DNA from: Nemertoderma westbladi
Lineage: Eukaryota > Animalia > Xenacoelomorpha
Assembly: GCA_032718475.1 (NCBI GenBank)
Contig: JAUCBJ010002482.1
Location: 1-50,504, forward strand
Direction: 5' to 3'
DNA: 50,504 nucleotides
Of this stretch, positions 12,701 through 27,700 are shown piece by piece. The notes beneath the pieces were generated by a model. It was not told where the DNA came from. It saw only the letters and a program-made list of their open reading frames with translations, and made no database searches. Position numbers and translations under genes: made by a program. Positions within the stretch are counted from its first letter, which is position 1, and each line of letters begins with the position of its first letter.

Positions 12701-15700
12701 ACGGAGTCTGGAGAGCGGGGGAGGGCGGTTGGAGTGCGGGAAGGGGTTGGCAGCAGAGGCTACAGGGACTCTGGATCTATTCTGTAACGAGGACGGAGAG
12801 TGGGAGAGGAATCTACGTTACCAGTGTGTTATCGTATGCGGTAGACCACCCTGGCCCCCTGGTCGGGGGGTGGTTGTCTCGGGGGGATCGTTAACCAATC
12901 ACAAGCCAGGAGATCGCGTTTCCTACGGATGCGAACGGGGTTTTATAGGTACCTAATAAAAAATATAACGAGAAGCTAAATTTATACAACTTTCGAATTT
13001 TTTTATTACGTCACTCACTAATTAATTGATATATTTAATTTATTTAAATATTGCCTATATTTATAAATTATAAATATAGCTTATTGAAATACAAATATTT
13101 ATTTAACGATTTGAAAACCTTAAAAAAGAGACTTTAATTTACCCAACGGAATATAATATATAGATGTTATATCAATTTAATACAGGTGGTCTACAACCAC
13201 CAGAGATAATAACAGCTAATTTGTTGGTCTCTAGTTTATGTTTTATGAATTTAATAAGGCATAAATAATTTATTAATTTATTTATTAATAAATTAATATA
13301 ATTATTTTGCCTTTCAATTGCCGCGCCTTTCACTTGGTGGTTATGGGGTCACGGTCAATTTAAAATATGGTGCTTTTAATTTTAGTTTTAATTAATGTTA
13401 TTTATTTTAGACAATTTTAAATCAATTTTAATCCATGTAGATATGATAAAAGACACTTGGAACCAATTAATATAATTAGCTCATGCATTTTTTCAGGCAA
13501 AACGTTATTCAAATATATTCCATATTTATTATTCATGTTTTAATTTTACATAATTGAAAATTTCCATTTATATTTAAATTAAATAATATTAATTTTCAGG
13601 AAATATTTACATCGAAAAAAAAACAAGTATTTTATTTACCGAAAACTTATTTATAACTTTACCAATAATATTTATTATTCAGTTGAAGGCAACAGCCTGT
13701 TAATGTCGGAATGTGGAGCAAACGGAACCTGGAGTGACATCGATTACGGATGCGTGGTTCCGGATGCGGTGTGCACTGCTAACCCCCCAGAACCACCGGT
13801 ACATGGAGTTATTGTGGCGAGTCAGGAGCTCTACGTCGCCGGTGACGTTGTACAGTACCGGTGCGAGGAGGGTTTCATTCCGTCGCACAATCTATCCGCG
13901 CGGTGTAACGCCGATGGGGTCTGGCAAGGACCGCCCTCCGACTATATCTGTAACAAAGTTGAGCGCCGATGTCCGGAACCTCCCACCGCTCCGATCCACG
14001 GACTGTACGTGAATCACGGGGGACCGAATCATCTACCGAGTGAGACCATAGAGTACGGGTGTCAGTCACGGTACACTGTGGTCGGGGCGACGGGGTCGTT
14101 GGTGGCTGTCTGCTCCGAGGATGGGGTCTGGGTGTATTCGTGGAACCGGGGTCCCCAGTACCAGTGTATGAGGAAGGTAGTCTGTCGCGTTCCGGTACCA
14201 ATGCCGCCCGTACTATTGGTTGCTAGGGATCCGGGCGGGGTTGTAGTGGGCGGTGAAACAGCTGGAATGTCGGGGAGTAGTGGGGGGCTGGAGTCTGGAA
14301 TAACAAACAGCTGGCCTACCGATGGAATACAGACGCTCACAGGAAAAAGTACAAAGATCAATATTACTGAACTTCTGAGTCAGGCCGACTCAAACAAGAG
14401 CAGTGGGGAGCATGTAGAAGTTAGCAACAAGTTAGAGGATAGTGACAATAATGTGGGAGTGAGCAATGAGTTAGAAAACGGTGACGATAACTTTACAGGA
14501 GCAAGTGATGAGGTTATGGATGCATCACAAGAAACTCATAATACTCTTATAGGTATAGTTGGAGCAGAAAGCGACTCTGTGAATCAGGAGTCTATAGATT
14601 TTGTGCCTCTACAACGTGTTAAATCGCGAAAAAAACGATCAGACAATGATGCTGAAACAGACACCGATAACAATGCTATTGAGATTGAGCCATTATCCAC
14701 AGACAATGATGCTGAAACGGAAACCGATAACAATGCCATTGAGATTGAGCCATTATCCACAGACAATGATGCTGAAACGGAAACCGATAACAATGCCATT
14801 GAGTTGGAGCCATTATCCACCTTACAATATTATTGTCCAGAAAATTTTAATTTAATTTGTAAGTATATAATTATTTTGTTCTTGTAATTAATAACTATTT
14901 TGCTACAATCAATCAGCTTTAGTAAAATGCATTCTAAGATATTGAACTAATTTTACTACCGCCACTAACTTTTAATATTTATATATAATAAAAATCACTT
15001 TCTCAGTGTAAAATAAGTGGTACTTTCTGATGACAGATTGCATATTAAGATTTAAAAAAAAGTAAATATTTTTGGTGGAATTTTGTGCGGTTAATTAATT
15101 GTAGTAAATATTAATAAACTTAGATTTACTGTTTTAAAATAGTTGTTGGAGAATTGAATAATGATTGAAATGTTTCACTTTATTCCAGCTAGGAAAGCCA
15201 AATTACAAACCATCTGGAGAAGAACTTGTACAACTAAAGGAAGTTGGGATTCCCACCGAGATGTAATGTGTGTGACCTCTAGCTGCGGGCTACCCCCTCA
15301 ACCCTCGCTACGGGGGTCTATCATAGCGACCAATAGCAACGGTACATCGGTTCAGTACAGCTGTACTCGTCCCTACCACAAGATGGCGCTAACAACCACA
15401 TCCGACCGCAGTCATTGCGTATCTGGAGAATGGAGTCCGACGCAGTACGCATGTCTGCTTCCCAACGAGACCTGTTCGAAGCCACCCAGACCCCCCATCT
15501 ATGGGGTCTATCTATCCGGCTACAGAGAACACATTAAATGGCAAGTCTTCCACAAGGTCACTTACAGTTGCCACAAGTACTACACCTCCCCCGAGGTGCC
15601 CTTACATTCAATCTGTCAACCAGACCTCACCTGGAGTAAGATATCTTACACCTGCGAGTTAGCTGATGTATTCTGTAAGAGGCTACCTGCCCCCATACAA

Positions 15701-18700
15701 GACTCTATGATGTCTTCCATATCTGCACCTCATGTAGACATAGATGACGCCAATGCAATCATTGTCAGTAGAGACCTTACAGACAAGAGAACAGCTACTA
15801 AAGAATACCCCCCAGATACCGTTGTATCATACACGTGTAGGGAAGGATATTTATTGACGCCAGGTAACTGTAAACTTAAATAATAACTTTATAGTTACAA
15901 AGGTAATCTATGTTACGTATTGTCTAGGAAATATCGTTAAAAATATGTTAAATCAAACAAAACTGTATCCTTAAAAACTGGGGGAAGATGGAATAATATA
16001 CAGTGGGATGGTACTAATTACACCAAGTACAGATTAACGGCAGGTGTATTGCTCAGCAGGTCACAAAAGTTTCAGTTTACTGAAACAACATACATTTAAA
16101 ACGATTCTTTATTTTATTTATTTTAAAAGTCAACGTGTTGTTTTTAATTTAATCTTTCGTAAACGACTATTAATTATTCCTATTGCAAATTTATTTCATG
16201 AAAAATGATGAAAATATTCAAATGAGATATAATATTTGGGCCGTTGAACTGATTTGATTATTATTTTCCGCAATAAAATAGTATAGTTTTCAAACAATTA
16301 TCCTGATTAGCTGTGGTGATTATTTTAATTTATTTTCCAGCTAATAGCGAGTACAAATACCCAGCTAACAGTTCGGAACGCGCTAACCTTTCCTATACAT
16401 GCGACGGAAACGGTAAATGGCACAGCAATGGTAAATATTTCTGTGTGAAACAAACGATACCTTGCCCCTTACCCCCTGCACCTCCATCTAACGGAGTTAT
16501 GTTAACCCAGATCACCTCGGAACAACTCCTCCCTGGGAGCAGTGTATCCTACGGTTGTCGCCAGGGCTACACTTCCGCCATTCCCTCTCTACTCGAGGTA
16601 ACTTGTACCGAGGACTCCGTATGGACAGAACTGTACCGGTACAGTTGCGACAAGCTGCCGGTAGGTTGTCCCACACCGGTGGTACATAAACCCCATATGG
16701 TGGTGGTGGACGGTGTGCGCAGTGAATACCGTGAAGGCGACGTGGTCGTGGTGGGGTGTTCCCCTGGTTACTACTCCTCGCACCATATCAACTACATCAA
16801 TATGAGCTGCACTAATGATGCAACCTGGACTCCGCTACTAGGTCTAGGATGTCAACCCCTCCCAGAAGCGTGTCCTACTATCGATTTCCGTGGTATAATA
16901 CTGCATGGGGACACAACCAGGCCAATGTTCCCTGGGGATTCGCTGGTGTTGGGATGCCCTGTTGGACATAAATTCGAAGGTGAGTCAATGATATTATGTG
17001 TATTCTGTAGACAATAATTTAATGAAAAGCTAATGTTTAAATATTACATTATATAAGGTTTTGGTGTAGTTTATTTTATAACAACCAAAACTGAACTCTA
17101 ATGGATAAATAACAAAGTAATGACATTATATAACAACTAAAAATACTCACTGGATTACATGGCTCGCCCCATACCAAACTTAATAATTTAATTAGCATTA
17201 ACATTCGTGTTAATTTTTAGCATTTATTATAATCATTATTTGGAAGCGGTTTATTTAAATACAATTCACTGAATACATTGAGTCCAATCAGCTACAACTC
17301 GGATTTATTTACAGTTAAAGATTTCTGTCTAATAACAGTAATATTGAGATTGCCTTTCCTGTTCTCTGAGATTTCTTTAACAGTTAATCTTCTTAGAGTT
17401 ACAGTATTCTTATCAGTGTCTTTGTTAACATACAAATCAACTACATCCCCTTCTTTAAGCCGCTGTCCGCTCTTTGTTAGAACTCTACGGTTGTATATGA
17501 CTCGACCTTTAAGAATCTCCTTGCCTACACTTTCTCGAGATATGCCCATAGCCTTTGCGAACACGCCATCAACTCGAGTACCAGGACTAGAAACAGTTCT
17601 CAATACGCTCCCACGAGGTATGGAATCTTTTATATTGTCATCATCAACATCATCATTATCTACATCAACATGATCAACATTCCCGGTTTCAGAAAGGAAC
17701 TCATCTATACTTACATACTCTGTATCGTCATCATCCTCACTCTCTGAGGGTTTAGTACGTTTATATCGCCGAAGTGATTGGATACTTACAGGTGCGAATA
17801 AGTGAGGGAACACAACACTCAGTGGAGTAATGGGCACCTTGGTGTAGAATGATTTGGGGTGGAGTTGTGTTGTATTGGTTGAGGGCACCTTGGTGTAGAA
17901 TGATTTGGGGTGGAGTTGTGTTGTATTGGTTGAGAGGAACTTAGGCGGCTGATGGGACGCCCTTAGCGGGGGAATCGGTAGTCGATTTATAAAATAATTA
18001 ACCCATGCCATAAATGTTAGTTAGTAATGAATGGAACAATTACAATACAGAAACAACAATGGCCAACAGACTTATATACTATATTTAGTATAACTTAGTA
18101 TTATTTGTTTAACAAGGTAAAATAATGTCGTTTAATTTAGGCACTTAGGTCTCAATTGTAAATAAAGTACAAAATCGTCTTACAATACAAACATAATAAT
18201 GTTATTCATAATAATAATACATAACATAATTATACTGTATTTATATATAATATGTTAATATACAAATGATAAATTAATTAATATTTAGAAAGACTTGAAC
18301 CCGTAAAAAATACATAAAGTGGGACTCGCCAGCACCAAAAAATAATATAGTAATAATTGACAACCTGCACCAAAAAATAATATAGTAATAATTTACAACC
18401 TGCACCAAAAAATAATATAGTAATAATTGACAACCTGCACCAAAAAATAATATAGTAATAATTGACAATCCCATTAATCCCAAATATAAATACCAATAAC
18501 AGTTACCTGTGTAATGTAATGCACAACCCCACACTACAGTAAGTTTAATCTCTCCCAACAGAATGGGATACAGAGGGTCTGTCTATTCTGTACAACCAAT
18601 CTGCCGGCACAAAGTAGCCCTCATAGACCACGTCTTCAGTCTCGTCTCCATGGTAATGACCTCCGCCACTGGGTGGGTTTACGCTGTGGCAGTGTGTGTG

Positions 18701-21700
18701 CTCTACCCGTAGATCCAACCCGGGGTCGTACGACACAAACTCGGAGTAACAAACGATCGGGGCCGGTAAACTAAAGAACTCCAGCCAGTCGTTAACCTGT
18801 GGGTCGCTAGTCAAGGGTGTCTGGGAGAATGACGGGGGCATTACGTGTATCCTAGCAACGCCGCTACGCATAACAAAGACCCCGCCCAAAGCGACCGCTC
18901 GCGTGGAGTAGTGGTCGGCTAGAGCTAGACGGATGGCGGTAGGGAAGCTAGAAACGGACCCAGTTCGCTCGCTAACAGACACCCGGAGGACCTCCCCTGG
19001 TTCACCGTCGCTTAGCAACATATTAACCAATAAGCTGCAGTCCGTTGTGTTGTATGACTCCTGTAACTTCTCTAGAATCATCCACCGGTCGGACAGTTGT
19101 GTCCGGGGTTCCAGTGTCCGGGCTACACGCGACTCGTTCCGGAATGTCTGGTGTCCGCCCCGCGCCCGGACGTTAACCATGAGCTCGCAGTTGACTCCCG
19201 TCCGTTTATTGGGTCCGGCTCCCGCCCCTATCAGTAAACCCCCTGGCAGCTCGGCTGACTCTGCGATACGCTCGAGGTTGTAGTCCTTAGTTAGGTCTAC
19301 TACCGGTACCAGATTTGGCGGGCCCCCCACATCCACTATCCGAGGTCGGCCGCATATTCCGGCGGAGGCGAGACCCCAGGGAGGTACGGATAGGTCGGGA
19401 CAGGGCACCACACTCACACTGACACACCCGTAGTTACTTATCAACGATTGTTCTAGAACATTGGCTATCTCTTGCAGAGCAGGAACAGTCAGTTGGTAAG
19501 TTTCTACTGGCATATTGAATTTAATCAATCCATCACCACAATTCTCCAATTCCAATTAGTTCGGGATTATCGAATCACAAAATAGACACACACCAGTCCT
19601 TACAAGTTCAAAATGCCTATTCGGAATAGCTATTCGGTAGGGCCTACCTATTCGGTATGCGATAATACGGGTGTAGTTTGGTAGTTAGCCGTAGGCTAAT
19701 TCCTGAATTCAATCTCTAAATAATAATAGGGCTTAATTATTATTATTTCGTAAAAAAGGCAACCATAACAAATAAATGTTCTACCGTAGTTGAACAATAA
19801 ACTCAATATAATACGATTCCGGTACTACATTGTACACAAAACTAGCCAATTTTGAATTTATAAATAACACTACTTTAATAATACAGTAATACGAATTAGG
19901 AATATAAAATAAGCTACCGTACCGTACCCAGCAGCCCAGTACCCACCCGTCAGCCCAGGGCCTGATCAAGGGATGGTGGAGCCCTGGGCATGGGCGGGCA
20001 GTCACCTACCGTTACTTTCATCAGTTTGGGCAGAAAGAATATTGCGAATGTCAGCACATCAAAGATCTTACAACATATCTTGACACAGTGACAGGAGATC
20101 TACAGCAAGATCTATAACAAGATGACAGCGTCAGCCCGACCCTTGACGCTGTAAATTCATTCATACTGGCCAAAAGAAACACCCAAAAATCCAAGTACCC
20201 AAATTATACCCAAAACAGTACCCAAAAGATTGTCTTTTGGGTAGGTCTTTGCAAAGTCTTTTTGGGTACTTTTTGGTTCTTTTGGGTGTTTCTATGGATT
20301 CATGTGTATCTGTGTATGTGCTACGTAATTAAAATAAATCTTCTGAATAATTCTTGCTGAGCTCTGAGTGAGAGTAAGGGTGAAACGAATTAATTCTTAA
20401 TGGGAAAATAATAATCGATATTTCATATGATTATCTATCTGTTTGGATCATACTATCAATCCCCAGCCATTGATTATAACTTGGTGATAGCGAAATAGCC
20501 CAACTGTTGTAGCACAAATTCTACCCAGTTCCGTCTGGTTGATTTAAACTGTCTGGTCTGGCAATGTTTGTGCGACTTTCAGGTACTACTTCGCCATGTC
20601 GACACCCCCTGTCATTTTTTTAAAGGAATTAATGGTCAGCCTTCTGGTTCTGGGTTGCAATTATCAGTGAAATCTGAGGGTTGTTTAGTCCCATCTCGGC
20701 GAATAAATATTTAGTTTATAAATAAATAAAAATAAAAAAAATTGATAAATAAATTATCAATTTAGGGAAAGGAGCAGGATATAGTGGCACGTCATTCTAA
20801 CCAAAACAATAACGATAGTCAATACACGAAGTGGGGACTTCGCGCAGCACGAAGTTGGCAGAGCCTTAGCGAATTGACACTGTTAGGGGGTAGGTCAATT
20901 TATGCAAATAGTCACGTTGGCCCTCTAGCGGCAGACTGGAGAACTGCAGATGGATTCGCCTCCTTTGAAAGTCACAGCTAATGGTCTAATACATATCTGC
21001 CAAGTTTCAGCTTAAACGGATTAAAAGCAAAGAAATGGGAGGGCATTTAATGTTTAGACATGTGGCCCTCTAGCGGGAGACCATTGCACTGATGGTGTCT
21101 GAAAGTCTCTCAAAAATCTCAACTTTTGCTCATATTGATACCTACAAATTTTCAACTTGGCAGCTTTAAATCCGACAAAGTTATTAGCATGTCAAAATCG
21201 TAACGACGACGACGACGACAACGACGACGACGACGACGACGACAACGACGACGACGACGACGACGACAACTATTTGCATAAATTGACCCACCCCCTAACA
21301 GTGTCAATTCGCTAAGGCTCCGCCAACTTCGTGGCTCGCCCCACAACAGGCTACAGTTTTATTTTTGAAAGTAAATGAGCTGTTATTTGGGTCAATTTTC
21401 CAGTGGTAGGGAGGGATGAATTTTGATTCCTATCTGCTGCTGGGAGGCCTATGTATTAAATTTATTAATACAAATATAATTATTGACAAACTGAAATTAA
21501 CAAATAAAATAACACAACTCACACTGAAAAGGTACATACTGTATAGGACGGGTGAGGAGGTTATTTACTATTTACCGGTATTCAATTGTCATGTCAATGG
21601 TGGCTTAATTCTGGGCTCAGTAACATTGGGATTTTTTGACCTTGAATCTTGAGATTGACCTTGAAACTAACCTTGAATCTATTTTACTATTATTCAAATG

Positions 21701-24700
21701 TTTTGAGTTACACTGACACCGCCCTGTACCGGTAATTGTTATTGTCAATTATTATTTTGTACCGGTACCTATTGACTACTGTACTACAGACTATAGACTG
21801 ATAGAGGATCAACAAATAGGCCTACAGAAAGAGTGGATCTTGGGATAAAAATCAAATAAACCCAATTACTGACAATGGACAGTTTACCTAAGACCGCGAT
21901 GGGGGCCGTTACACCCAGTTCGATGTCAGCCCCGACCCACTTTATCGCGCTGTTGTGGCTCGGAAAGTTCCTCACAGCAGTTGGAGTTTACTTAGCTTAC
22001 GACTCACTAAAGGCAATCCATTTAGTTCAGTTCCTCTTCATCGCTAAACTCGCATCCACTGCGTTCATGCTGATTTTACAGAAGCCTTTGTCGGGTAGAC
22101 GGTTGTCGGTGCGACAATGGCTCAGTGTGCTACGACACTCTGCCGCACACGTCGCTATCCAGTTGCTATGGCTACTGGGACTTACTCTATGCGGCCCTTT
22201 GCGGTCGCTGTTAGTGTTCTTTCAACCGGACATAGTAGTTATTACCGCGATCGCGATATGTTTTGGGACAGGTAAACCTACGCCATCTAAGAGTCGGGGG
22301 GTTATCCTCATGGTTATAGCGGTTGTGACTCTAACCTTGTTGGACGTAGACAATCCAATGCCGGTACCAGATCACCCAGAAGGGTTCCCTCACACCAGCT
22401 CAGTCACTCACGCAATATTCTACATCATCTCTTTAGTCGGCGTCTCCGACCATAAAGGTGGTCTCTTCCTTCTAATACTCGCGGTCCTCTGTAACGTGGC
22501 TGTCCGTTCTGTAGGCCGACGTCTGGCTGTCGATATCGGTGGAGGTAAGCGCCTATATGTTATCAGCTCCCTACTCAGCACACTGATGCTTCTACCCTGG
22601 GCTGTCTACTCATTCATTGTCCATCCAATACGAACCGAATGGACCTCTTTAGTTGTCCCTTTGGCTCTCATATCGACTATTTTGTTTGTGCTTGACTTCT
22701 ACATCGAAACATACGCCTCCAGCAAGGTATCTGAGCTGAGCGCGGGGCGAGCCATCCATCTCGCGGTTATATCGAGCGCGTTGCTATTGGCTGCGGTCTG
22801 GACGCATCCGTTCACGGTGCAGCTCAGCCAGACGGTGTCCCCGGTGGGGATGGCCACCGAGGACCACGCGCTCACCACGGGGGTCTGGGTCTCGGCGGCG
22901 CTGCTAGCCACGGCCTCCTTCGTGCTAACGGCCCCCAACCCACGGGGTTCAAGGGGCTCCTTCGTGGGCTACACCCCCGAGGGACAACCCTTGTTTGTGT
23001 TTGCGGAACGGACCCTACGCGATACGGGGCAGTCGTTGATGGCGTTCGCGCGACACACACTGCGACAGATCCTGGAGGAGCGAGACTCCCGTTGGATATT
23101 CTACTTCCTCTGTATCAACCTCGCGTTCACCTTCGTCGAGCTCCTCTACGGCACTCTCACTAACAGTCTCGGCCTCATCTCCGACGGTTTCCACATGCTA
23201 TTCGATTGTACCGCGTTGGTTATGGGCCTCGTGGCGGCTGTCATCTCCCGTTGGCCACCTTCCCAACTCTTCCCCTACGGTTATGGTCGCATCGAGGTCC
23301 TCTCTGGGTTCATCAACGGCCTCTTCCTCACCGTGGTCGCCCTCGTCGTCTTTGTAGAGTCCATCGACAGGTTTGTAGACCCACCTGAGGTATCCACAGA
23401 CAAACTGTTGGCGGTCTCGGTGGCCGGGTTGCTGGTCAACCTTATCGGGATCCTTGCCTTCCAGTCCTCCCATGGTCACTCCCACGGCGGCGGCGGTTCC
23501 CATGGACACAGCCACGGCGATTCGACCAACATGCGCGGCGTCTTCCTCCACGTACTCGCCGACACTCTCGGCTCGGTCGGGGTCATCATATCCTCGCTAC
23601 TCATCCAGTACTTCGGGTGGCTGATCGCGGACCCCGTCTGCTCCATCTTCATCGCCATTATGATCTTCCTCAGCGTTATCCCACTGCTCAAGGAATCCGT
23701 GTCCATCTTAATGCTCCGAACTCCCATAGGATGCGAGTCCCAACTCCAAGAAGGACTCTCCAAGCTGCTCACCCTGGAGGGCGTCCTATCCTACAGCGAG
23801 CAGCACTTCTGGCAACATTCCTCGAGTGTCCTGCTCGGTATGATTCACGTACAGGTGAGCCCGAGTGCCAACGAACAGAAGGTAGTACAACAGGTGGGAT
23901 CGGTGTTCCGGGACCGAGGGATCACTAATCTAGTCGTACAAGTAGAGAAGGAATCCTTCTTCCAACACAGAACGGGACTCAGCGCCTCCCAGAACCAGAT
24001 CTCGGACATCCACAACGATCTACATAAATTCAAACAGTTTACCTTCTACTAGTCGGTCAACCACTTTCTTATTAAATAATTAAACCACCGCTGATTTTAA
24101 CTTCCTTGGGGATTTGTTTGTGGTCCAGTTGACTTTGTTTGTTCATTTTATTTTATTGGTGCAATGCAGACATTAAATGTGTATTTTTTGTTTCTTCGTT
24201 GAAATAAATATTGAAAAAAATATATTTTTTATCGTGGATTATATGATTAATCTCTGGCATTATTTATTTACATAAAGAATTATACGAAATAGACCAATCA
24301 ACCTGGAACCTGACTTAAAAGCGTTACTATTCCCAAACTCATTGTTTATTTCAATTAATAATTAATTATTAGTATTCCAAAATAGTTTCAACATTACTTA
24401 ATGCGCAGCAGTATTGACATTGTTATTATCAGTTATTGAACTGACGTGGACAACTTTTCGTTCAGTTTCATATGCAGTTTTCACCAGAAGCCATTTTGTA
24501 ATTTTAATTTAATATCATACTCAAGCACGCTTTAGGATATAAAATCAACATTAGAGCAATATACAGAAGTAAAATAACAACATAATAAAGCAAAATAACC
24601 CCGATCCCGATCCCGTAAAATAGGGATCCCGAGAGTGATAATCCCGATCCCGGAAATCCTGGTAAATAGCAATTATTTTAGTTTTAAATATCGCTAAATT

Positions 24701-27700
24701 TGCTTATTTCTGGTTTAATGTGGAAGTAACAGATCTGTTTGGATCATACTATCAATCCCCAGCCATTGATTATAACTTGGTGATAGCGAAATAACCCAAC
24801 TGTTGTAGCACAAATTCTACCCAGTTCAGTCTGGTTGATTTAAACTGTCTGGTCTAGCAATGTTTGTGCGACTTGGGAACCCTATAAGATTGGAACCCAC
24901 GACCTCTGGTTTACAACTCCAACGCGATATCCATTACACTACAGTGACACGAGGTAAAAGTGATATGGTACTCGGTGTAACTGCTACTATATGGCCGGAC
25001 ACACTAAGATAAGAGATGCAAAATCAGTCAGTTATTGATTCTCAATTATATAAGGAGTCATTGTAATAATTACAACTAAATAAAAGGGAGATTCATTAGA
25101 AGTAGTAGAGGCATTCAATGTGTGTGTCTGGACTAACAACGCTCACCAATAGTAGTAGAGGCATTCAATGTGTGTGTGTCTGGACTAACAACGCTCACCA
25201 ATAGTAGTAGAGGCATTCAATGTGTGTGTCTGGACTAACAACGCTCACCAATAATAGTAGAGGCATTCAATGTGTGTGTCTGGACTAACAAAGCCCACCA
25301 ATAGTAGTAGAGGCATTCAATGTGTGTGTCTGGACTAACAACGCTCACCAATAATAGTAGAGGCATTCAATGTGTGTGTCTGGACTAACAAAGCCCACCA
25401 ATAGTAGTAGAGGCATTCAATGTGTGTGTGTCTGGACTAACAACGCTCACCAATAGTAGTAGAGGCATTCAATGTGTGTGTCTGGACTAACAACGCTCAC
25501 CAATAGTAGTAGAGGCATTCAATGTGTGTGTCTGGACTAACAACGCTCACCAATAGTAGTAGAGGCATTCAATGTGTGTGTCTGGACTAACAACGCTCAC
25601 CAATAGTAGTAGAGGCATTCAATGTGTGTGTCTGGACTAACAACGCCCACCAATAGTAGTAGAGGCATTCAATGTGTGTGTCTGGACTAACAACGCTCAC
25701 CAATAGTAGTAGAAGCATTCAATGTGTGTGTCTGGACTAACAACGCTCACCAATAGTAGTAGAGGCATTCAATGTGTGTGTCTGGACTAACAACGCTCAC
25801 CAATAGTAGTAGAGGCATTCAATGTGTGTGTGTCTGGACTAACAACGCTCACCAATAGTAGTAGAGGCATTCAATGTGTGTGTCTGGACTAACAACGCAC
25901 TACTACTACTAGGATCGGCATGCTGCATTGCAGCTGCATTTTTAAGAATGCTGTGCCGGCTTGTCAACAAAATTGCACCGCCACAACTCCCTATCACCCA
26001 TGACATTTGCTAGATCATCCGCATCTTTAAGGCCAGTGTCCTTTAAGATGCGTCTCAAGAAAGTCATGGGCTGTCCACCATGCTTATTCACTCCATGAGG
26101 CTGCCAAAGTACAAGCATTATGCACTGGCTGGTCCTCACGGCGAAAGCAATGCTCCTGCAAAGCGGAGGCGGTTTTGTTCTAGTGTCAAGCTTGGGGGAA
26201 CCAATGAGACACCTCCCAATGTTATATAGTGTCTGGTTGGAGATGTGTGCATTGTACTTGACACAATGAACCCGGCGTAGCATTCTTGTGAATGTGCCAT
26301 CCAGAGATTTGGTGTCCTCAGCAGTTAGAGCCCAGCATGGACTCCCATAGAGGAGTACTGGAACTACTGCTGCTCTACCAATAATCGGACCTTAAGTTTC
26401 CGATTAATTCTCGGTGACTTCCAAATCCTGGAAAGCCTATTCAAGGCTGCCCATGCCTTTCCCTTACGTATTCGAAGGTCCTCACCTGACTTCCGGATCC
26501 ATGATCCCAGGTAACAGAAGTCGTCCACATGCTCAAGCATACCATCCTTTGAGCTTATGCTCATCCTATCAGAGACTTGCTGAGGACTTTCCAAGTTAAC
26601 GGTCAGAATTTTGGTCTTTCTGGAGTTAATAAAAAGACCAACACTAGAAGCAGCATGTTCTAATGAGCTGAGGAGCCGTTGGGCTCCCTCTAATGATTCT
26701 GAGAGTACTCCTAAGTCATCAGCAAAGTCTAGATCAGTTAGGTACTTGGCAGGATTTCCTCGACTTCTGGAGCCAGTAGGTGGAGTTATCATCACCCCAT
26801 CATCATTATGATGATCTAAGGACATGCGTAGAACATAGTCAACCACAATAATGAACAAGAATGGTGCAAGTGTGTCTCCTTGGAGGACGCCCCATAACAC
26901 TTCAAATGGTTCTGTGTCACCGTCAACAGTAGACACAAATGTTGTCGAACCATCGTATACTGATCTGATTGCTGCAATAATTTCATCAGGAATCCCATAT
27001 AATGAAAGTATGCTGAACATACGTGAGCGAGAGACTGAATCAAAGGCCTTGAAGAAGTCAACAAAGATAACAGCCAGATGCCTGTCTTTCTTTTTTGATA
27101 ATTCTTCAATTATCCTTCTAAGTGCCAAAATGGGCTCCATGGTCCCACGACCTTTACGGAACCCATTCTGATTTCCACGGAGCAGTCTCTCAATGGGATC
27201 CCTGATGCGATTTAATAGAATCCTATTGTATAGCTTTGCAGCAATCGAGATCAATGAGATTCCCCGAAAAGAACCATAGACACAACGCACACCAATAGTA
27301 GTAGAAGCATTCAATGTGTGTGTCTGGACTAACAACGCTCACCAATAGTAGTAGAGGCATTCAATGTGTGTGTCTGGACTAACAACGCTCACCAATAGTA
27401 GTAGAAGCATTCAATGTGTGTGTCTGGACTAACAACGCTCACCAATAGTAGTAGAAGCATTCAATGTGTGTGTCTGGACTAACAACGCTCACCAATAGTA
27501 GTAGAGGCATTCAATGTGTGTGTCTGGACTAACAACGCTCACCAATAGTAGTAGAAGCATTCAATGTGTGTGTCTGGACTAACAACGCTCACCAATAGTA
27601 GTAGAGGCATTCAATGTGTGTGTCTGGACTAACAACGCTCACCAATAGTAGTAGAAGCATTCAATGTGTGTGTCTGGACTAACAACGCTCACCAATAGTA

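Noticed and set aside
24875-24948. Possible tRNA gene on the minus strand
   Set aside because: A- and B-box-like motifs are present, but I cannot form a proper acceptor stem and it runs into a dispersed repeat body; better explained as a SINE head.
26364-27335. 323-aa RT ORF as a functional or domesticated gene
   Set aside because: Its start lies in the satellite, the endonuclease region is missing, and the C-terminus is frameshifted.
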